Counted from the first letter of the stretch, positions 49,174 to 58,553 are shown. The stretch is 64,000 nt of DNA from an uncultured Clostridia bacterium (GCA_947053595.1 CAMRSX010000007.1:7526-71525), one strand, 5' to 3'. The notes: generated from the letters alone by a model not told the origin. Numbers and translations are program-made.

Positions 49174-49770
49174 TTAGTCCACAATGATTTCATCCAGATA
49201 GGTTGTCATATAGTCTGCAATATGGAAAAGGAAGGCAACTGGATGGCGATAGAACACCTCTGACAGGATGCCCGAATGTTGCGTGCGAGCGTCAAATGCG
49301 CCCATGTGCCAGTTGATTGCCATGGCTTCATCTCTTGTCAGCTTCATGAAGCCAGAAATCATGTAAACCGATTTTTCGCCATGTCCATATGGCAGAGAAT
49401 CGTTATATTTGAAATATGGCTTTTGCACCCACTGACCATCCACTTTGACATTGCGAAAATCAACAGAATATGTGTTAACCTTGCAAACGTCATGCAAAAG
49501 CGCAATGATTGCCACGCTTTCTGGCGAAACAACCTCTGTCCACTTGTCTTGATATTCATTTTGCAGCAGCTTCAAAAACCTTTTATACACCTTCAAGCTG
49601 TGCAGGCACAAGCCGCCCTCAAAATTGGAGTGTCTTCGTCCAGAGGCTGGAGCGGTGAAAAAATCGGTTTTTTCCAAATATGCCAAAAGCTCTTCGGCGC
49701 CTTCTCTTTCCACATTATCATAAAAGATGTTGTAAAATTCTTCCTTTTGTTCTTCGATGTTGATTTCCAT
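49174..49770 (-). CDS. HD-domain phosphohydrolase-like protein (198 aa)
   Basis: SGRRHSNFEGGLCLHSLKV and IALLHDVCK (H...HD pattern). AAGGAGA RBS before ATG 49770. Confidence 0.65.
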   Translation of the reverse strand: MEINIEEQKEEFYNIFYDNVEREGAEELLAYLEKTDFFTAPASGRRHSNFEGGLCLHSLKVYKRFLKLLQNEYQDKWTEVVSPESVAIIALLHDVCKVNTYSVDFRNVKVDGQWVQKPYFKYNDSLPYGHGEKSVYMISGFMKLTRDEAMAINWHMGAFDARTQHSGILSEVFYRHPVAFLFHIADYMTTYLDEIIVD

Positions 49771-49841
49771 TTGTTTTTCTCCTTTGATTATTAATTGGTG
49801 TTTTTCATCCGTTTTGAGATGTTGCTTTTTGCTTAACATTA

Positions 49842-50813
49842 TTATACATATAAAATTCCAAACACCAAATAATATAGCGCATTTTCCGTCTGCATCTGCC
49901 CATTTTTGATGTAAAAATCCACATCGTTAAGCATTTCATATATGTTTTTAAGTTGCAGTTTGGTGAAATTTCTGGAAAGCGACCTTGCCTTTGTGATTGC
50001 AAACTCCTTCACTGAAAGCGCTTCGGCAAGCTGTTTGTCCGAAAGGTCGGAAACCGCCACAAAAAACAGCCTTCTGAAGTGATTGAGCACCAAAGAAAAG
50101 GTTTTGGTGTCTTTGTCCATGAGGTTCAAGAGATTAATCGCCTTGTCGGCATCACGCTTTGACAGCGCATCGGTAAGCTCAAACACGGTGAACTCCGTCT
50201 CTTTGCAAACAAGTTGGTCGATGGTTTTTTCGGTGATTTCAAAATCGTCGCACGCAATCAGTTTGTCCAGTTCGTTTTTGATTAAAGAATAATAATTGCA
50301 GCACGCTTCAATCAGCTTTTCCACCCCTTCGTTTGAAATGGTTTTACCTTCTTTTTGCAGCGCCGATGCCACAAGTTCTTTCAAACTGGCATCATCCAGC
50401 CTCTTGGCGCTGACCTTTTCGCAGATGAGAAAATCAAACTTGTTGAAAAAGTCAAAAATCACCAAGACAGTGCTTGCAACTGCATTTTTGAGATAGTTTT
50501 GCAGTTTTTTCTTGAAAGCATCCGTGATTTTTGAAATGTTTTTCAAAAGCACCACTTTTTTCTCACTTCCCATTGGCAGCGTTTCGCACGCGTCGATGAT
50601 TGCGTCAGCGTCAAACGAATCGTCATCAAACACCAGAAAATTGAATTCTGGCAATTGAACATCGCACGCGTTTTTGATAAGCGCAAGTGCGCGGTCATAA
50701 AGCAGCACATCCTCTCCTTGCACCAAATAACACGCCTCAACTTTTTTTTGCAATCTTGCTTTTAATGTTTTCAATCCAAACTCCTCCTTATATAATTTTT
50801 GCCGTTTATGCAA
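49842..50813 (-). CDS. holA: DNA polymerase III subunit delta
   Basis: Size, position after comEC (comEC-holA synteny) and the N-terminal CYLVQGEDVLLYDRALALIKN pattern. The start is uncertain because the ORF overlaps the comEC end by 43 nt. Confidence 0.65.
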   Translation of the reverse strand: MHKRQKLYKEEFGLKTLKARLQKKVEACYLVQGEDVLLYDRALALIKNACDVQLPEFNFLVFDDDSFDADAIIDACETLPMGSEKKVVLLKNISKITDAFKKKLQNYLKNAVASTVLVIFDFFNKFDFLICEKVSAKRLDDASLKELVASALQKEGKTISNEGVEKLIEACCNYYSLIKNELDKLIACDDFEITEKTIDQLVCKETEFTVFELTDALSKRDADKAINLLNLMDKDTKTFSLVLNHFRRLFFVAVSDLSDKQLAEALSVKEFAITKARSLSRNFTKLQLKNIYEMLNDVDFYIKNGQMQTENALYYLVFGILYV

Positions 50814-52891
50814 TATGATACATTCCCCTCCATCTCAAAGGACGAAGCGGATGACGGGCTGTTGTAATATGTCAAAAACAAAGCATCAGAATTGAAGTAG
50901 GAAGCATATTGGTCATGCTTGCCAAGAATTACAAAATCGTAATGCGCGTTTGAAAGAGTGGAAAGCGCCTCATCTGATTGTGTCCAATCCTTCAAAACAA
51001 AAACACTTGTTTGGTCGAAAGAAATTTCCAGACCAAGCAGCCGCTTTTTAAAGCTTTTGAAAACAAATTTAAAATTTCCCACGGCGCCCGCGGTGTCAAA
51101 ATCAAAAAGCTGCTCGTTGTCATAGCCCTGTCCATCGTCACTTCTGACAATGTTTTTCACGCCAACCGCGCTGGCACCATCTGTGAGGATGGAAGGCTTT
51201 TGAAGCACAAACATTGTTTCCACTTTTTGCAAGCCCACAGATTGAACAAAACTTCTGGCAAAGGACTTGCGTGCCACATCCACCGCCAAGCTTTCGCCGC
51301 TGCTGTTTGAAATGACAACCATGCTGTAAGAGTTGCTGTAACCATAACTTAAAGACGCTTTAACTGGCATCTGAACAAAACTTAGTCCCAAAAACAGTCC
51401 GGCAATCACAAAAGCAAGAGTTGAGCACGCCACCTTAACTTTCCGCTTTGCCAAAAATATGTTGCACAAGAAGAAAAATCCAAGAAAGAAAAACGCAATG
51501 AAGAAGATGTCCAGTGGCTGCAGATTTAAAATAAGCCCTGTTTTTCCAAAGAATTTGGCAATGCTTTCAATGGCGCCAAGCCCCCAACCGCAAGCCTTTA
51601 AGACAAAGCCCAAGAAAGGCAGCCCCGCTGTCAGCAAAGAAAACACAAAAAGTGTTGGAAAAATTATGCCAAAAATTGGAACAGCAATCAAGTTGACAAC
51701 TGGCGACAGAAAGTTAAGCACGCCTTCAATCTGAGAAACAAAGGGGAAGATTCCAATTTCTGCTGCAAGTGTCACTGCAAACGATTTTGCCACGGCATTC
51801 GGCAAAAACTTTTTAAGCAGCTTAGTGAGCTTTGGCACAAGCAAACAGATTGTCATGACAGAGAAGAAACTCATCAAAAAGCCAACATCATAACCCGAAA
51901 GTGGACTGAACAGCAAAATCAAAATTCCTGCCAAGCCCAAAGAATTCAGGCGGTCATAACACTTTCCACTTATGGTTGTGAAAAACAACACCATTCCCAT
52001 AAGTCCGGCTCTCAGCACCGACGGCGAAAAACTGCAAAGATAGGCATAACACCCCAAAAAAACAGTGCAAACCAGAAGGTTCCAAATGCCTCTAACCCGA
52101 CATTTTTGCAAAATCCACCCAAGAAATGCAATCAGAAAACTGACATGAAGCCCCGAAACACTCAACAAATGCATGATGCCAGCATATGCGTAAGCGTCAC
52201 GAACTTCATTGTCCAACTGATTTTTGTTTCCAAAAAGCACCGCATAGGCCACAGCGGCGTTTCGCTCGCCCATGTTTTGCTTGAGCACGGCTTCAACCTT
52301 AAGCCGATATTTCTCAACACCTTTCAAATAATTTCCTTGCACAGCAACATCGTCAATGTCCACTTCACAAACATAAGCTGTGCGCTTGCGATATGCAGAA
52401 GTGTTGAATTTGCCAAGTGTGAACAGCGAGTTTTGCTGCACATGAGCGTTGAAAGTTATGATGGCACCCGGCACAACTTGCTGCGGGTTATCATAATTTA
52501 TTGTCAACTGAACGTTCTTTGCGGGCTGCCCTTCAATTTGCACATTTTTTAAAACAACTCTGGCACTGCCGCCATAACTTGAGTGGTTGATGTCGTCAGA
52601 AATTCTGCCAACAACCTGAACTTCTCCAAGATATGCTTTTCCATAAAAGCCAGCCTCTCCCACAAAAAACCAACCAAGTCCAAACGCAAACACTGCCAAC
52701 ACAACAATCAGCACCTTAAAATTTTTTGCCCAGATGCAAAACGCTATAAACAGAAGCAACAGCAACGCGTCCAAGATTATGTATTTCAAGTTTCCATCAA
52801 AAACAAACTTTGATGTTGCAATTGCAAACATCAAAGCCAAAAAAGCATAAAAAAGCGGTCTTTCGTGAAACAATTTCTTTTTTGCGTTCAT
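50771..52891 (-). CDS. comEC: DNA internalisation competence protein ComEC/Rec2
   Basis: Multi-pass membrane core with AGIMHLLSVSGLHVSFL. The C-terminal lactamase-like region looks degenerate. First ATG is 52891; the track start 52924 is TTG. Confidence 0.75.
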   Translation of the reverse strand: MNAKKKLFHERPLFYAFLALMFAIATSKFVFDGNLKYIILDALLLLLFIAFCIWAKNFKVLIVVLAVFAFGLGWFFVGEAGFYGKAYLGEVQVVGRISDDINHSSYGGSARVVLKNVQIEGQPAKNVQLTINYDNPQQVVPGAIITFNAHVQQNSLFTLGKFNTSAYRKRTAYVCEVDIDDVAVQGNYLKGVEKYRLKVEAVLKQNMGERNAAVAYAVLFGNKNQLDNEVRDAYAYAGIMHLLSVSGLHVSFLIAFLGWILQKCRVRGIWNLLVCTVFLGCYAYLCSFSPSVLRAGLMGMVLFFTTISGKCYDRLNSLGLAGILILLFSPLSGYDVGFLMSFFSVMTICLLVPKLTKLLKKFLPNAVAKSFAVTLAAEIGIFPFVSQIEGVLNFLSPVVNLIAVPIFGIIFPTLFVFSLLTAGLPFLGFVLKACGWGLGAIESIAKFFGKTGLILNLQPLDIFFIAFFFLGFFFLCNIFLAKRKVKVACSTLAFVIAGLFLGLSFVQMPVKASLSYGYSNSYSMVVISNSSGESLAVDVARKSFARSFVQSVGLQKVETMFVLQKPSILTDGASAVGVKNIVRSDDGQGYDNEQLFDFDTAGAVGNFKFVFKSFKKRLLGLEISFDQTSVFVLKDWTQSDEALSTLSNAHYDFVILGKHDQYASYFNSDALFLTYYNSPSSASSFEMEGNVSYCINGKNYIRRSLD

Positions 52892-53109
52892 TTTCAAACA
52901 AATAATATCACAAAACCTTGCCAAGATGCAACTTCAAAGCAAATTAAAACATGCAATCTTGCACAAAAAACGCCAAATAAAAAAAACTTCCAATCAATTT
53001 GTGGACATTTTTATTGTTTTGATGTAAAATAATTTTTGTCATACAAAAAACACCTTTGCAAACACAAAGGCAACGAAGCTTCTTTCCAAAATCAACTTTC
53101 AAGAAGACC

Positions 53110-53153
53110 GTAAATGCTTCCACTGCGCTCAGCATGACATTTCTGTGCCCGCG
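53110..53153 (-). repeat. intergenic repeat module A, third copy
   Basis: The reverse complement reads CGCGGGCACAGAAATGTCATGCTGAGCGCAGTGGAAGCATTTAC, compared with 18240-18285. Confidence 0.5.
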
Positions 53154-53179
53154 CAAAAACTTTGTTGTCTCCCCAGCGA

Positions 53180-53262
<83 letters not shown>

Positions 53263-53297
53263 AAACAAAGTTTAAATCAAACACATTTTGATTTGAT

Positions 53298-53330
53298 AAA
53301 AAAGCTCACTTTTATTAAGTGGGCTTTTTT
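53298..53330 (+). terminator. intrinsic terminator
   Basis: AGCTCACTT / AAGTGGGCT stem followed by T6. Confidence 0.55.
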
Positions 53331-53366
53331 AGTCTAAATCAATTCAAATCTGCAAAAAGTTGGCTG

Positions 53367-53570
53367 TCAAAAAACTCTATTACTGTAATATTTAGCGCTT
53401 GCTATATTAAAAAAAACTGTTTTCATGTTAACCGCATTATACCTATTATAAAGAAGTGATGTCAAAGTACCTTTACTTTGTCCTGTCAAATCTTGCAAAT
53501 CTCCAATGGACAAATTTCGATTATACAAAATTTCTTTTAATCGAGTTGAAACGCATTTACTTATTTTCAT
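53367..53570 (-). CDS. short helix-turn-helix protein (XRE-like, 67 aa)
   Basis: RLKEILYNRNLSIGDLQDLTGQSKGTLTSLLYNR resembles a Cro/C1-type HTH. It sits in an AT-rich spacer. Confidence 0.5.
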   Translation of the reverse strand: MKISKCVSTRLKEILYNRNLSIGDLQDLTGQSKGTLTSLLYNRYNAVNMKTVFFNIASAKYYSNRVF

Positions 53571-53713
53571 TAGACACTCACCCTTTCAGTTGTCAGATTC
53601 ACTCCTTTATATCTGGCGTACATTAAAGAAGTTATGGTGCCTTTTGATAAACCAGAGTTTTTCCCACTCTATATTGCGTCATATTTTTTTCTTCCAATAT
53701 TTACCTAATTCTT

Positions 53714-54523
53714 TCAGCAACAGCTTGCGTTGTTGAAGGTTTTCCAAGCAGTGTTTTGATATTTTGCAAAGTTGTTTATTGTCACCTCGTTTGGGGATAT
53801 TTTGCCCAAATCTTCCCACAAAATTGGCATGGAGATGGGGGCGTGCGCCCTTGCCCTGACAGAATATGGTGCAACGCAGGTTGCACCTTTTTTATTGCGC
53901 AAAAAATCCACAAAAACTTTGCCCTTGCGGCGCTCTTTTCTTATGTTGGTTGTAAAAATTTGCGGCCACTTCTGCTGAGCAACCATGGCAATTTGTTTGG
54001 AAATCTCTTCAAACTGTTGCCAATTTTTGCTGGGCAGCTTGGCAACCACATGATAGCCCTTCCCTCCGCTTGTTTTTAAAAACGAATCAATTTCCAGCTC
54101 GTCCAAAATGAATTTAATTTTCAAAACCGCTTCCCGCAAGACCTTAAGTGGCATGGCGGTGTCGGGGTCTAAATCAAACACCATGACATCCGGTTTGTTT
54201 ATTGCATCAACGCTGCTTGCCCAAGTGTGAAACTCCACAGTGCCAAGCTGCACTTGATTGACAAGCTCTTGTGCGGTTTTGATGTAAAAATATTCATGCT
54301 GTTCCACCTTCTTCACATGCACCAAGTTGTCCGAATTTGGATGCTTTTTAAAAAAGACATTTGCGTCCACATTGTCGTGGCAGCGAATGACGCTTAAAAG
54401 CCTGTTTTCCACATATGGCAGCATGAGAGGTGCAACACTGATGTAATAGTTCATCAAATCCAGCTTTGTTATGCCGTCTTTCACAAACAAAACCTTTTCT
54501 GGACTGGTGATTTTAATTTCCAT
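53714..54523 (-). CDS. ligD: LigD polymerase/primase domain protein (NHEJ)
   Basis: ITSPEKVLF..GITKLDLMNYY..APLMLPYVENRLLSV.R, VFDLDP and KTSGGKGYHV motifs. Overlaps the upstream ligase ORF by 11 nt. Confidence 0.8.
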   Translation of the reverse strand: MEIKITSPEKVLFVKDGITKLDLMNYYISVAPLMLPYVENRLLSVIRCHDNVDANVFFKKHPNSDNLVHVKKVEQHEYFYIKTAQELVNQVQLGTVEFHTWASSVDAINKPDVMVFDLDPDTAMPLKVLREAVLKIKFILDELEIDSFLKTSGGKGYHVVAKLPSKNWQQFEEISKQIAMVAQQKWPQIFTTNIRKERRKGKVFVDFLRNKKGATCVAPYSVRARAHAPISMPILWEDLGKISPNEVTINNFAKYQNTAWKTFNNASCC

Positions 54524-56081
54524 TTTCTTTCTCCAATTTCACGCTTTTTGCCGCCTTGTCTGTTCTTAAGCCCACAAAAACTGGCTGGCGCAGCACATCA
54601 TCTTTTGTCAGCTGAGCAAACTTGATTTGTGCCACCAGCTGCGGCACAAGCCATGTGACATTTGAAAGCTTTGGACGGCTGGCAAATGGGCAGGTTTTGC
54701 TTTGAAGTTTTTCAAATTTTTTGCGCAACTGCTCTTTTGTTTTTTCATCAAAACCTGTGCCAACCTTGCCCACAAACACCAAAGCGTCATCACGATAATA
54801 TCCCAGCACAAGTGCACTTAAGACCTCATTTTTCTCGCTGGTTGTGAAGCCAGCAACAACAAACTCTTGCATGTTTGCACACTTGATTTTAAGCCAATCC
54901 TCATTCCGCTTGCCAAGATATAAGGAAGTTGCTTTTTTTGCCACAATGCCTTCCAACTGATTTTTGCAGGCAAACTCAAAGCTTTCTTTGCCGTCTTTCA
55001 CATGTTGCGAATAAATTAAATTTGCTTGGCAATCAAACAAAAGCCGCTCCAACTTTTGTTTGCGCACCTCCAGCGGCAAAAGGCGCAAATCCTCACCATT
55101 TTGTGCAAGCAAGTCAAAAATTACATAAAAGAAATTGTTTTGTTTTTGCTTGATTGCCGTCTGCAGTCTTCCAAAATCCGAGCGTCCCAATTCATCAAAA
55201 ACCACAACTTCGCCGTCCACAACAAAGGAAGTCTGGTCAATTTGCTGCAGCGCTTTTGCAATGCTTTCAAACTTGGCGGAATAGTTTTGCCCGTTTCTTG
55301 AAAGCAGTTTAACCTTGCCATCTTCTTTAAATGCAAGCATGCGGAAGCCGTCATATTTAATTTCAAAAATCCAGTCCTTGCCAGTTGGAATTTTGTTAGT
55401 CAGCGCGCAAAGTTGGCAATTTGCTGTCAAAAATGGCAGTTTTGTTTGCTTTTTATCATCTTTTTTGGCAAACTCGTCACTTATTTTCATGATAAACCAG
55501 TTGCTGTCTTTTGTTTTGATAAGCTGCCATGCGCCTTTCAGCTTGTCTCCATTCAGCACAAATTTCAGATGCCCATGCTTTAAACCATCTTCAAAATTTT
55601 TGATTGGAAGATATGTCCCCTTATCAAAAATCTCCACAGTGCCGGCGCCATAGTTTCCCTTTGGGATGATTCCTTCAAAAGTTATATAATCAACTGGATG
55701 GTCTTCCACCATCACAGCCAAGCGCTTTGTTTTGGGGTTTGTGGACAGCCCCTTTGGCACCGCCCAACTTAAAAGCACGCCGCCATATTCCAAGCGAAAA
55801 TCAAAATGCTTTGCGCGTGCCTCATGATATTGAATGACAAATCTCTTCTCTTCCTGCTTTTCTTTCAAATTTTTGGAAGTTTTGTCACCAGCTTTGTTTT
55901 TGTCTTGCTTAAGGTTTTTGTTTGCCGCTTTGTTGACAAAACTGTCAGCATTTTCCTCTTTGCTGGCGGCTGTGCTCGCGCTTTGTTTGCTGTTGGTTTT
56001 GGCTGCCGTTTTGGAAGTTTTGCCGCTGGGCTCGGTTGTGGAAGCAAAGTTGCGCTTTTGTTGATATTTTTTCAAGCTCAT
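54513..56081 (-). CDS. ligD: LigD 3'-phosphoesterase + ATP-dependent DNA ligase domains (NHEJ)
   Basis: PE domain: YQQKRNF..TTEPSG, FVIQYHEARAKHFDFRLE, SWAVPKG. Ligase domain: the adenylation motif EIKYDGFR. A K/A/S-rich low-complexity insert lies near the N-terminus. Confidence 0.85.
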   Translation of the reverse strand: MSLKKYQQKRNFASTTEPSGKTSKTAAKTNSKQSASTAASKEENADSFVNKAANKNLKQDKNKAGDKTSKNLKEKQEEKRFVIQYHEARAKHFDFRLEYGGVLLSWAVPKGLSTNPKTKRLAVMVEDHPVDYITFEGIIPKGNYGAGTVEIFDKGTYLPIKNFEDGLKHGHLKFVLNGDKLKGAWQLIKTKDSNWFIMKISDEFAKKDDKKQTKLPFLTANCQLCALTNKIPTGKDWIFEIKYDGFRMLAFKEDGKVKLLSRNGQNYSAKFESIAKALQQIDQTSFVVDGEVVVFDELGRSDFGRLQTAIKQKQNNFFYVIFDLLAQNGEDLRLLPLEVRKQKLERLLFDCQANLIYSQHVKDGKESFEFACKNQLEGIVAKKATSLYLGKRNEDWLKIKCANMQEFVVAGFTTSEKNEVLSALVLGYYRDDALVFVGKVGTGFDEKTKEQLRKKFEKLQSKTCPFASRPKLSNVTWLVPQLVAQIKFAQLTKDDVLRQPVFVGLRTDKAAKSVKLEKENGN

Positions 56082-56083
56082 GT

Positions 56084-56848
56084 TTATGCCCTCTTTTTGC
56101 TTTCCAAGCTTTTCTTTAGGGCATCCATAAGGTTGATAACCTTAACTGGTGCTTTCTCTTCCTTCGCCTCCACCACCTCGTTGCCAGAAATCTTTTGCTT
56201 TATTGCTTTTTGCAGGCGAATGTAATATTCATCCCGATATTTTTCTGGCTCAAACTTTCCCGTCATCTGACCAATCAGCGACTTTGCCAAGTCCACCTCT
56301 TGCTTTGTGGTTTTGGGTTTTTCCAAAGTGGCCGGCGGCTGAATTTCGTTTGCAAAATAGAGGGTGTTTACAAGCATATGTCCATGATTGACATGAAGCA
56401 ATATCAAGGTTTCTTTGGTGCCCAGCACTGTTTTTGCAATGCCCGCCTTGTTGGCACTTTCCATGGCCTTCAACAGCACATGAAACGCCTTGTCTGCACC
56501 TTGCGGTTTGACATAATATGCGCGGTCAAAAAAGATTGGGTCCACCTCTTTCAAATCCACAAACTTCTCAATGGTTATATTTTTGTCTTTGGAAGTTTTA
56601 AGTTTTTCAAAATCCTCCTCAGTAAAGATGACATATTTGTCCTTTTCATATTGATAGCCCTTGACAATGTCCTCGTTTTTGATTTCCTTATCTTCACAAT
56701 CCACGCAGGTTTTCTTATATCTCACCCTTGATTTTGTCTTTTTTTCCAACATATTGAAGCCAATGTCTTGCTCTTTAACACACTGCGACAGCGTTATTGG
56801 AATAAAAACCAGTCCAAAGCTGATTGCGCCCTTATACGAATATGCCAT
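56084..56848 (-). CDS. ku: Ku DNA end-binding protein
   Basis: YKGAISFGLVFIPITL, DIVKGYQYEKDKYV, FDRAYYV. ATG 56848 is better spaced from GAAGGAGA than ATG 56854. Confidence 0.9.
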   Translation of the reverse strand: MAYSYKGAISFGLVFIPITLSQCVKEQDIGFNMLEKKTKSRVRYKKTCVDCEDKEIKNEDIVKGYQYEKDKYVIFTEEDFEKLKTSKDKNITIEKFVDLKEVDPIFFDRAYYVKPQGADKAFHVLLKAMESANKAGIAKTVLGTKETLILLHVNHGHMLVNTLYFANEIQPPATLEKPKTTKQEVDLAKSLIGQMTGKFEPEKYRDEYYIRLQKAIKQKISGNEVVEAKEEKAPVKVINLMDALKKSLESKKRA

Positions 56849-57048
56849 ATCCATTCTCCTTCAACATATTTTGCACAAAAAACGCATGTTTTATGTCCAG
56901 CGCTTTAACTTATGGCAGCTTTTGGGAACCTTTTTATATGTTTGTTTCTTGCAGTCTTGCAACAAAACTTCAGCCAAACACACTTGGGGCAGCTTTCCCA
57001 TATAATGTTATTGATTACGAAAAGTAATCAAAATTACAGGAGATGAAA

Positions 57049-57303
57049 ATGTTTTTTAGAAATTGCTGCAGAAGACAATCTCACGATTGCAACCCACACC
57101 CACACTTCCACTGTCATCCACAGCCAATGTTTGACGAGCGCTGGGACAACAACAATTTTTTTGACAATCAGCAAATGAACTGGGGAAACATGAACAATTG
57201 TCATCAAAACTGGAACAACGAAAACTGGAACAGTCAGAATTGGAACAATCAAAACTGGTGCCGTCCACCAAGAAGACACAACTGTGGATGTTTCAACTGG
57301 TAA
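57049..57303 (+). CDS. Cys/His/Asn/Trp-rich small protein (84 aa)
   Basis: MFFRNCCRRQSHDCNPHPHFHCHPQP...NWGNMNNCHQNWNNENWNSQNWNNQNWCRPPRRHNCGCFNW. AGGAG lies 6 nt before ATG 57049, and a terminator lies at 57317-57346. Confidence 0.5.
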   Translation: MFFRNCCRRQSHDCNPHPHFHCHPQPMFDERWDNNNFFDNQQMNWGNMNNCHQNWNNENWNSQNWNNQNWCRPPRRHNCGCFNW

Positions 57304-57316
57304 AAAAAGAGATTAT

Positions 57317-57346
57317 AAAAAAGCCAATATTTATTGGCTTTTTTGC
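57317..57346 (+). terminator. intrinsic terminator
   Basis: AAGCCAATA / TATTGGCTT stem followed by a T-run. Confidence 0.6.
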
Positions 57347-57458
57347 TTTCTAAGTGATATACTTTTTAATCAAGAAATGATGTGATTGAAAACATGCTGA
57401 AAATCACAGAAAAGACATCGCAGAAAACAGCTTTTAAGTTTTGCCACGGAGAAAAATT

Positions 57459-57829
57459 ATGAAAGACAAAGTTTTTAAGTACATCCAAAATCAATATGCC
57501 ACCCAAGCGGAATATCTTTGGGAAAAGTTTCCCACCACTTGCGTCTTCAGGCATGCAAACAAAAAATGGTTTGCCGCCTTCATGCCCGTTGAAAAAAGCA
57601 AGCTTGGGCTGAGCGGAAGTGAAAAAGCTGATGTGCTGTTGGTAAAAAATTACAAGCTGCTGATTCCAGGGTTGATTGACGGCAAAGGCCTTTTGCCCGC
57701 ATATCATTCAACAAGCAAAACTGGATTTCGGTGTTGCTTGACAACACTGTGCCTTTCAAGCAAATTTGCAGCCTCATTGACATAAGCTTTAACCTCACAA
57801 TGCCAAAACCTTCCAAACGAAGCAAATAA
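57459..57829 (+). pseudogene. MmcQ/YjbR-family protein with apparent 1-nt deletion frameshift near 57707
   Basis: Frame 1: MKDKVFKYIQNQYATQAEYLWEKFP...LLPAYH. The family-typical continuation FNKQNWISVLLDNTVPFKQICSLIDISFNLT is in the -1 frame and runs to stop 57827-57829. Confidence 0.6.
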
Positions 57830-57920
57830 TGCGGCAAATGCAAAAATATTGAAGCTCTTTTTGTCAAAACTTGTGAAACACTAAAATTTTGCAGCTTTTC
57901 AAAAAAATTCTTGTTTTTTC

Positions 57921-57949
57921 TTGACTTTTGTTTTTCATCATGCTAAACT
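57921..57949 (+). promoter_or_regulatory. tRNA operon promoter
   Basis: TTGACT, 17 nt (ending TGC), TAAACT, then 12 nt to tRNA-Gly. Confidence 0.6.
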
Positions 57950-57961
57950 ATGAAAGCATTT

Positions 57962-58035
57962 GCAGGTGTAGTTCAGTGGTAGAACACTAGCCTTCCAAGC
58001 TGGTTGCGAGGGTCCGATTCCCTTCACCTGCTCCA
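57962..58035 (+). tRNA. tRNA-Gly (TCC)
   Basis: GCAGGTGTAGTTCAGTGGTAGAACACTAGCCTTCCAAGCTGGTTGCGAGGGTCCGATTCCCTTCACCTGCTCCA. The T loop reads TCCGATT (C at position 55). Confidence 0.85.
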
Positions 58036-58038
58036 CTT

Positions 58039-58115
<77 letters not shown>

Positions 58116-58189
58116 GCAACCTACATCTTTGTTCAGCTTAAGAAAATTCTTAAATGCTCAAAAGTTGCGGGTGCGTAAAATAAGGCTCT

Positions 58190-58281
58190 CAAAAATGTTT
58201 GCCATTTTTGGGAAAAGGAGCAAACAAAGGCGCGAAACTTTTCGTGTATGCACGAAAATAAGCAAAAGTGCAGTTTGCAGG
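58190..58281 (+). repeat. structured spacer repeat (family C/E) inside the tRNA operon
   Basis: CAAAAATGTTTGCCATTTTTGGGAAAAGGAGCAAAC...TTTTCGTG-TATG-CACGAAAA...AGCAAAAGTGCAGTTTGC. Paralogous to 58731-58826; the core also occurs at 7648-7683 and 6611-6647 (rc). Confidence 0.65.
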
Positions 58282-58287
58282 CGTTAT

Positions 58288-58364
58288 GGTGGTCTTAGCT
58301 CAGTTGGTAGAGCGCCAGATTGTGGCTCTGGAGGTCAAGGGTTCAACCCCCTTAGATCACCCCA
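58288..58364 (+). tRNA. tRNA-His (GTG)
   Basis: Extra G-1 opposite C73, anticodon loop TTGTGGC. GGTGGTCTTAGCTCAGTTGGTAGAGCGCCAGATTGTGGCTCTGG...AGATCACCCCA. Confidence 0.9.
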
Positions 58365-58477
58365 TATAAAACCCCGTTAAAAACTGGGTTCCCTATTTTG
58401 GGGAGAAGGAGAAATCCAGCGCAATAATGCGGCTTTTTAATGCAAAAGCAATTAAAAGCGCAACATTGCGACAATGA

Positions 58478-58553
58478 TGGGGTGTCGCCAAGCGGTAAGG
58501 CATTGGACTCTGACTCCAACATTGCGTAGGTTCGAATCCTACCACCCCAGCCA
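58478..58553 (+). tRNA. tRNA-Gln (CTG)
   Basis: TGGGGTGTCGCCAAGCGGTAAGGCATTGGACTCTGACTCCAA...GTAGGTTCGAATCCTACCACCCCAGCCA. Confidence 0.9.

Noticed and set aside
56855-56998. Forespore (sigma-G/F) promoter upstream of ku
   Set aside because: Only weak partial matches were found (for example ACATA..CAAAATA), which is not convincing by eye.
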